A stretch of DNA of 63,992 nt, filler included, from Gonapodya sp. JEL0774 (lineage: Eukaryota), in assembly GCA_027604505.1 (NCBI GenBank). It is 5 parts of 5 records of this genome, joined end to end, with 100 filler letters (N's around TTAATTAATTAA, not from the genome) between each part and the next. Parts side by side here need not be neighbours in the genome. Positions count along the whole stretch, not along the records: positions 56,634 to 63,992 come from JADIIX010000507.1; 4 more parts are not named here. One strand, written 5' to 3'. A model generated the notes under the pieces. The model searched no databases, was not told the origin of the DNA, and saw only the letters and a program-made list of their open reading frames with translations. Each line of letters begins with the position of its first letter. Positions within the stretch are counted from its first letter, which is position 1. This document shows, one piece after another, positions 56,534 to 63,992 of the stretch. The position numbers and the translations under genes are program-made.

Positions 56534-56633
56534 NNNNNNNNNNNNNNNNNNNNNNNNNNNNNNNNNNNNNNNNNNNNTTAATTAATTAANNNNNNNNNNN
56601 NNNNNNNNNNNNNNNNNNNNNNNNNNNNNNNNN
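56534..56633. other. Artificial contig linker
   Basis: N44-TTAATTAATTAA-N44. Confidence 0.98.
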
Positions 56634-57630
56634 CCCATATTAGCACCCATCACCATTGGTCATCATGGGTGAATATTCTAACACTCCCAAGCAATCTCAC
56701 ATCAACTTTGTCATGTTTCATGGTGGTCTTGAGAAGAAACTAGAGATTTCAATATGTAAAATGTGTGGAGTTACAAATTCAAAGGTTCGCCCAACCCATA
56801 TTAGCACAATCACTATTGGTCGTCATTGGAGGGTCTTTCAACACTTCTAACACTTCTAGCAACAACATTGATATGTAATGTGCTGGTTTTGAAACGAAAA
56901 TTGGGACTTATAAGTGTTTCAAGTACAGAGTTACAAATTCAAAGTTTTGGGCCATATCACCAGTTTGGGCCCAAAAACCCCTCCTTTCACAGGGGTAACT
57001 GTACTTGCCCTCTCACAAAAAACATTATACTACATATTGGGAGTGGGTTGGGAGTGTTTGAGGTAGTTTGGAGGGGGTCAAAAAAGAGTATCACAGTCAC
57101 GCACCCCTAGTAGTCTCACAGATCCAATCCTGACATGTAGGCTGTGATGGGGGCACTTTGGGGTAAGGAGGGGACAAATTCCGGCTCTCCACAGACCTTC
57201 TGACCACAAACCAATCACTGCAACAGCTTTACCATATATGGTTTCTTTATTCAGAAATCGGGAGAAGGCTCACACACTCTTCCCTGACATGCATGCTGAC
57301 CTGAGGGCCATGTGTTGTGGCGAGGGGACAAATTCCAGCTCCACACAGGCATCCTGGCAACAATCGAATTGCTCCATCAGCTTTTCCATATGTGGTTTCC
57401 CTGTCCAGAAATCATGAGGTTTGTTACAATCAATGGGTGCCAGGCTGGTGCTCGCACAAAGTTTGCCCCTGGCAGGGGACAAATTCCAGACCCCCACAGA
57501 GTTCCTGGAGACCAGCCAACCACCCCAATAACATTTCTATATATGGTTTCCTTGTTCAGAAAAGTTTTTGGGCAGATCAGAGGGGGTCAGTTTTGGGCCG
57601 TATACGTACACCACACCCTATTATCCTAGT
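56634..57630. repeat. CpG-depleted repeat/TE-like region with internal repeats
   Basis: CCCATATTAGCAC..CAYTATTGG-like unit twice; GGGGACAAATTCC three times. Confidence 0.5.
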
Positions 57631-57914
57631 ATCCTATAACCTATATTTCTTTAAGCAAGAGAAAGAGAAAGGGGGAGAGTGTGTGTTTGTGTATGTGCAT
57701 GTTTTTTATTCGATAACCAGTTGTGCTTTGTTCTTTCTAGTCATAACGAGAGCTGCCTCCCTGCTCCCCACTCACTCACTCACTCCATGTGGTCAACACA
57801 TTTCCGTCAAAATAAAAACAAAGACGTCTTAAAAGAGAGGGGCCGACCGTGAGCGGCTGTTTCGCCCTTTTAAAAATAAGTAGTAAGTCGATAATTTGCA
57901 AGGGCCTCGAGGGA

Positions 57915-60900
57915 CTAGCGGACTGTCCTTGTGATATTATTCGCTGGGAAGAGAGGTGGAGAGAGGGGGAGAAAACAGAGAAAAGAGAGAGAGGAGGGTA
58001 GAGCACTACACACACCACACCCCCTCCCCATCCGCCACTCCAACTCACCTGAGAGACGCAACGTAATCAGGCCGGTCAGATCCTTGAGCCTGTCCGCGCG
58101 GGCCTTGGCTCCCTCATCTCCAATCCTGTTATCTGGAGAATGGTAGACAATGTAACCATCAAATACATCGACCATGGAACAATCAGACCGAGAGACAGTG
58201 AGTAGCGTGTTCCGCAAGCCACCACATCACACAGCAAAAACCACACCCCTCCCCCATCTGCCGCTCCAACTCACAATTGAGATGCAAGGTAGTCAGGCTG
58301 GTCAAACCGTTGAGACCGTCCGCGAGGGCCTTGGCTCCCTCAGGTCCGATCCAGTTATCTGGAGAATGGTAGACGATGGAACCATCGAATACATCGACCG
58401 ATTGAAACCATGGTCGATGGAACAATCAGAGTCAATCAGATCGTGAGACTGTGAGTCGCGTGTCTCACACGCCACAAAGCCACAAACCAAAAACCACACA
58501 CCCTGCCCCTCCGCCGCTTGAACTCACCATTGAGATCCAACGTGGTGAGGCTGGTCAGATCCTTGAGCACGTCCGCGAGGGTTTTGGCTCCCTCGTCTCC
58601 AATCCTGTTCGCTAGACAATGGTAGACAATGGAACCATCAAATACATCAACCAATCGAAATCATCGACCATGGAACAATCAGACCGAGAGACCGTGAGTA
58701 GCGTGTGGCGCGCGCCACCACACCACACACCGAAAACCACACCCCCTCCCACTCTGCCGCTCCAACTCACACGAGAGATTCAATGTAGTCAGGCTGGTCG
58801 AACCCTTGAGACCGTCCGCGAGGGCCTTGGCTCCCTCGTGATAGATACTGTTATCTAGACAATGGTAGACAATGGAACCATCGAATACATCGACCGATCG
58901 AAACCATCAACCATGGAACCATCAGACCAAGAGACGGTGAGTAGCGTGTCGCGCGCGCCACCACACCACCTCCCCTTCCGCCGTCCCAACTCACAATTGA
59001 GATGCAAGGTAGTCAGGCTGGTCAGATCCTTGAGCCCGTCCGCGAGGGCCTTGGCTCCCTCGTCTCCAATCCTGTTATCTGGAGAATGGTAGACAATGGA
59101 ACCATCAAATACATCGACCATGGAACAATCAGACCGAGAGACAGTGAGTCGCGTGTTCCGCAAGCCACCACATCACACAGCAAAAACCACACCCCTCCCC
59201 CATCTGCCGCTCCAACTCACAATTGAGATGCAACGTACTCAGGCTGGTCGAACCCTTGAGACCGTCCGCGAGGGCCTTGGCTCCCTCAGATCCGATCCTG
59301 TTATCTGGAGAATGGTAGACGATGGAACCATCGAATACATCGACCGATTGAAACCATGGTCGATGGAACAATCAGAGTCAATCAGATCGTGAGACTGTGA
59401 GTCGCGTGTCCCACACGCCACCACACCACACACCAAAAACCACACCCCCTCCCCCTCTGCCGCTCCAACTCACATGAGAGATTCAACGTAGTCAGGCTGG
59501 TCGAACCCTTGAGACCGTCCGCGAGGGCCTTGGCTCCCTCAGGTCCGATCCTGATATCTGGAGAATGGTAGACGATGGCACCATCGAATACATCGACCGA
59601 TTGAAACCATGGTCAATGGAGCAATCAGAGTCAATCAGATCGTGAGACCGTGAGTCGCGTGTCCCACACGCCACCACGCCACACACTGAAAACCACACTT
59701 CCGCCCCATCCGCCGCTTCAACTCACCATGGAGACCCAACGTGGTGAGGCTGGTCAGATCCTTGAGAACGTCTGCGAGGGTTTTGGCTCCCTCAGGCCCG
59801 ATCCTGTTATCTGGAGAATGGTAGACGATGGAACCATCGAATACATCAACCGATTGAAACCATGGTCGATGGAACAATCAGAGTCAATCAGATTGTGAGA
59901 CCGTGAGTCGCGTGTCCCACACACCACAAAGCCACAAACCAAAAACCACACCCCCTCCCCCTCCGCCGCTTCAACTCACCATTGAGATCCAATTCGGTCA
60001 ATGTCGTATTGCCCTTGAGCCCGTCCGCGAGGGCCTTCGCTCCTTCAGGTCCGATCCTGTTATCTAGACAATGGAACCATTGACCGATCAAAAAAGTCAA
60101 TCAGATGGAGAGACCGTGAGTCGCTTGTCGCGCACACCACCACACCACACACCAAACCCCTCCGCACCCCTCTGCCGCTCCAACTCACAATTGAGATGCA
60201 ACGTGGTGAGGCTGGTATGGCCTTTGAGTCCTTGCGAGAGGGCCTTCGCTCCCTCGTCTCCGATGTAGTTCTCTGGGATGTAAGTGGGATGAGTCATCGC
60301 GGAGGGGGTACATGTGAGTGGTAGTAAGGAAAGGTAAGACGTGAGCGTGAGCTTGAGGGAATGTTTGGGAGGAGAAAGGTTAGACGCTGTTCACTCACCT
60401 TTCAAATTGAGCTTCTGTAGGGACGTGAGGCCCTTCAAGGCTTCTTTAAGTATGTTCCCAGCCTTTTCGCCGATCAAAACGTTGTCTGGCCGGGTCAAAG
60501 ATGTGAGAATGTTGTTCCCGCTGCTGTTCCCGACGCATGCTTCAAGGAAGTTCACCTTCAAGATCCAGTTCAATCAGCATAGTGGTTCTTGCTAGTGCAT
60601 CACCAAGGGCTTGCAGTCCTTCAACTTCAACAGAACTTCCTAAGATGTGAAGAGGTATCCATTGGAATTGATTTCCACCATCGGAGTACGGAAGCACACC
60701 GGCGAGATATGGCAATCCACTCATACGCACCCGAGAGATCCAATATTGTTAAATGAGAAGCCACCGTGCCCTGCTTCAGCGCATGAGCAAGCGCCCGTGC
60801 ACCCACGACACCAATAATTCGATCTAGAATCACGAAGAAATGTATGTAAATGTTGCATGGTAGTCAGCTGCTATGGCGCTTGTCCCCATGCAACGAAACA

Positions 60901-63178
60901 GCAAAAAAATGAGCTGTGGATCAAATTGTCTCACCTTTGAAACTAAGAGTGTTCCCATTGGAGGAGTTTGACAACGCATTTATCATGCTATCAATGCTGA
61001 TGGTGTCCATCCATGTCCCTGAAACGGTCATCCAGTGCGATCAGACGTTGGTAGATAAAAATAACATTGAGGACTCACTCACTCTTCTTCCCAATGTTTC
61101 GAATCTCGAGGATTGCCAAGGCTTTGAGAGGGTGACCATCGGGAGACAACCTTTTGACACGCTCAAACTCTGTCTTGCCATCGCGCTGGCGGTTGCAGGC
61201 GAGATAGGCTCTACCAAGGTGGAGCCGCCACTCCAGTGATTCCACGCTTTTGTCCTCCTCTTTTGAGTTTTCCTCTCTGGGTGGTTTGATCATCTCTTCC
61301 AGTATTTTCACCGTTCTGACCGCCTGTCCACCAGAAAAGCAGGCAAGGGCGAGTGCGTACCGCGCTTCCAGCACGAGAGTATCGTCTTGCGACTTGTCTT
61401 TTTGCACGGCTACAACGACTGGTGACGATTTTTCACTTTGTCGGTCCTGTTGTCCCCGTAGAAAACTCAAAATGGGAGGCAGAGACCAGCCGCCCTGAGT
61501 CGTACTTGAGGTAGAAGGCATGACAACAGTGTTATGCTTGAAATCCCTCCGGGGCAAGAGCAGAGAATGTTGTGTGACATCTTGCCTTCCTTTGAGGCAT
61601 ATTTCGAGTAAGGGGATTGCATCCTTTCCTCTCCCATCTTTAATCAGACATCGCCCAACCTGGAGGCACAGGTCGTACTTCTCAGTGAGCTCTTCGACAT
61701 CTTCCTCACTGAGAACTTTTGAAGCGTGCGGGAGGTACTCCCTCCATCGCTCTCGATTTTGCCATTCGTCTGTTGGAAATATCTTTAAGATGTGTTTGAT
61801 CGCCTCTTTCATCGTTTTGGAAAAGAGGGTCCCGTTCTGTGAGAGAGCGTCGTCAATTACTTGCCCACGTAGCCAGTTCCGTGCTGCCAGATGTACGAGG
61901 CGATGGAGATCGTATCGTTCCTCCTCTGAGCCCTTTACCTCCCGAGAAGACACAAACGCATACGATTTCAGTATGCCGATGGTTGTATCTATGTCCTCTT
62001 CTGGTTCCATTGGCAGAATACTTTTAGGGATCGCCTTCCATTCTACACATCCCATGAACGCAAGAAGCTTTGCAGAGTTTCGACTTTCCTTGGACATCTG
62101 CCCAAACGAAATTAACCACGTTGTTGCTACTGATTTCTGAGATTTCTTAGAACTTGTGTCATCCAGGAGCTTAATCACTTGTTCCTCGTTAATTGCACGC
62201 ATCTTCTCCAAGTACTTTTTTATGGTGACTCGTTTAACGTTAATGAAAGAGGTTACCTGAGAGATCGCCAGTGGAAAGTATGCGAGCTCATTCAATAGCT
62301 CTCTTAAGCTCGAATTGTCGTCGAGCTCGTGTTTGGGTTGGACAGAGTTCCTGAAAAGTTCGGTCGCGTCTTCGTTACTCATTCCTTCCACATCAATGAA
62401 ATGATGTCCCGTTAGTCCGTTTGCCATTTCTCCATAGCGGGTTGTAAACAGAAGGAGACCGTGTTTGCTGTGTGGAAGGTAGTAATGAATACCGCGTCCC
62501 TGCTTGGGAAACACAATATCTGCATCATCGGCATTGTCCACAATCAAGAGCCACCGTCCGGCTGCCTCCTCGCTCAAGTACCGCGTGACAACCTCCTTGA
62601 CATCTTCCGTTTCCCCTATCATATGAGAGATCCCAACCTTTATAGCCACCTCCTTGCAGGCCTGCTCAAAGCTCTCCATACTAAGCGCTGGAAACCAAAA
62701 GATTGAGTAGTCTTTATATGTGTCCTCCACACTGTACGCAAACTCCAGTGCGATCTGCGTCTTCCCGACACCACCCAGTCCCAGGAGAGATAACCTCTGA
62801 CAGTCTTTATTGTCGAAGAGTTTTCTTGTCAAAGTGGCGAGTATGTCGCGACGGCCCACAAACTCTTTGTTCCTCGAAAAGGGAATGTAGTAGTGGGGTG
62901 CAGGGGAGGAGCCAGGAGTCGCGCTAACTTTGGATTGTGAAGCACTGATGGCATTCATGATATTACAGCGGTCAAAGGTACGGACAGTAAGCACGCGGAG
63001 CTTTGAATGGTCGAGCTTACCTCGAGCCTTGGTGGATAGAATTGCCCATGTGTAAACGCGCATTGCCGTCAATGTACTGGGCCCCTACTGAGTAGGTGAT
63101 ATTATTCACTGTTTGCGGAGATAGCGACGGACTCTGAAGGTGTGGTTCAGCAGCAGTAGCGGTGTCGGACATCGCCAT
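57915..63178 (-). CDS. NLR-like STAND protein: HET-s-like amyloid motif - NB-ARC - TPR-like - 14 LRR exons (~1078 aa, 17 exons)
   Basis: Manual GT-AG splice model: 63178-63021, 62944-61083, 61018-60935, 60823-60731, 60639-60556, 60485-60399, ten 84-nt exons (60272-60189, 60063-59980, 59810-59727, 59557-59474, 59304-59221, 59078-58995, 58854-58771, 58611-58528, 58358-58275, 58132-58049), then 57943-57915; 3237 nt, open throughout. Walker A GLGGVGKT, Walker B LLIVDNADD, LLFTTR, FPLAI, YDLHRLVH. Confidence 0.82.
58049..60272 (-). repeat. Tandem exon+intron array, 10 units of 209-253 bp, each with one 28-aa RI-like LRR
   Basis: Consensus xNRIGxEGAKALADGLKxxTSLTTLxLx; the introns are also homologous to each other. 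Confidence 0.95.
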
Positions 63179-63492
63179 ATCCAAGAAGGGAAGGGATTTG
63201 GAGTGGGGGAATGTGAGTGGTATTTTTCGGAGCCGACTGGCACAGAGCCTAGAAAACCGTGAGGTAAGGAATTCAAAAGAGACACGGTCCCATCCACATC
63301 ACTTCAGAGCTGACAGTGGAGTGGGATCGACACCAACAAGGCCCGACAGGTTTTCCCCTTCGCAGTCCTTGGAAAGAGTCATGCGACTGAACTTGATTAG
63401 GGTGGCGCAGCTACTTGGACCTCCATCCCACCTCCCAAACTGCACAGAGCAATCGTTTCCCAGTCACAGTAGGATTATCATCGCCCTTTATC

Positions 63493-63609
63493 ATGGCTGA
63501 GGCTTTCGGGATCGTCTCGGGAGCTGTCGGTATCGCCGCCACCTTCAACACCTGTCTCGAATGCTTCAACCACAAATCACAGATACTTTCGAAATTTAGA
63601 AATTTTTGA
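63493..63609 (+). pseudogene. 5' fragment of a HET-S-like HeLo-domain gene, interrupted after codon 26
   Basis: MAEAFGIVSGAVGIAATFNTCLECFN resembles the recalled HET-s N-terminus (MSEPFGIVAGALNVAGLFNNCVDCFEY). Similarity stops abruptly at 63570 with no GT donor. Confidence 0.75.
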
Positions 63610-63992
63610 TAAGATCAGATCAGAAAATGAAAGTACAGGAAAAGATTCAGGACTTGCACCTGAGAGAATTCAGTCGGAGAGACTTTAGGGAATGAAATCT
63701 GAGATGTTGTTCTCTGAGACAGTGTCGTAGAAGTGCAAGTATGAGGGCGAACCAGTCACGATACGTCCCGCAATGGTCCCACGGACAAAATCCGTTGCCT
63801 CGGTAAGTTTTCTACTTGAATTGACCGAGCTCTTTTTGTCTTTTTCCGCTCTTTTCCCTCTTCCTACTCTCAGACTGCTCGGTTTCCCCCCACTCTCGCT
63901 CGCCCCTTCCTCCACCACGGAACCTTTATTGTCGCACTCGAAAGCAGAACATGCATCGCCGCATCTCGTTTTGTAGCCTCGTTATTTCTCCA

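Noticed and set aside
57070..57112. Helitron 3' end (weak hairpin + CTAG)
   Set aside because: The stem is only about 5 bp and there is no 5' TC end or RepHel sequence to support it.
58049..60272. CRISPR-like repeat/spacer array
   Set aside because: The units are spliced LRR exons with homologous introns, not short repeats with unique spacers; no cas genes; eukaryotic context.
62945..63072. ORF-track N-terminus MTAMRVYTW.. of the NB-ARC protein
   Set aside because: It starts at TTG and reads through an intron; the spliced ATG-63178 model uses canonical sites and yields a meaningful motif.

Overview
Eukaryotic, intron-rich fungal DNA. Gene families and intron style suggest an early-diverging zoosporic fungus such as Gonapodya, but this is inference. 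The window joins five contigs with artificial 100-nt N44-TTAATTAATTAA-N44 linkers, so adjacency across linkers is probably meaningless. Contig 1 is a CpG-depleted transposon graveyard (complete PIF/Harbinger element, internally deleted CryptonF) plus a degenerate kinase. Contig 2 holds a URA2-type CPSase pseudogene, a putative DZIP3-like HEPN protein, SEY1 and a fumarate reductase. Contig 3 holds RPS2 (with highly structured introns), an NYN protein, GOS1, a 2OG-Fe(II) oxygenase, an ankyrin/coiled-coil/SH3 protein and an interstitial (TTAGGG)5. Contig 4 holds symplekin, a LIP-family lipase and an MFS transporter. The highlight is contig 5. Manual splicing gives a 17-exon, ~1078-aa NLR-like gene with an N-terminal HET-s-like amyloid motif, NB-ARC, a short TPR-like region and 14 one-repeat-per-exon LRRs. 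It sits head-to-head, 314 bp apart, with the start of a HET-S/HeLo-like gene. This is an nwd2/het-S-like amyloid signalling locus with an LRR sensor, which described fungal NLRs generally lack.
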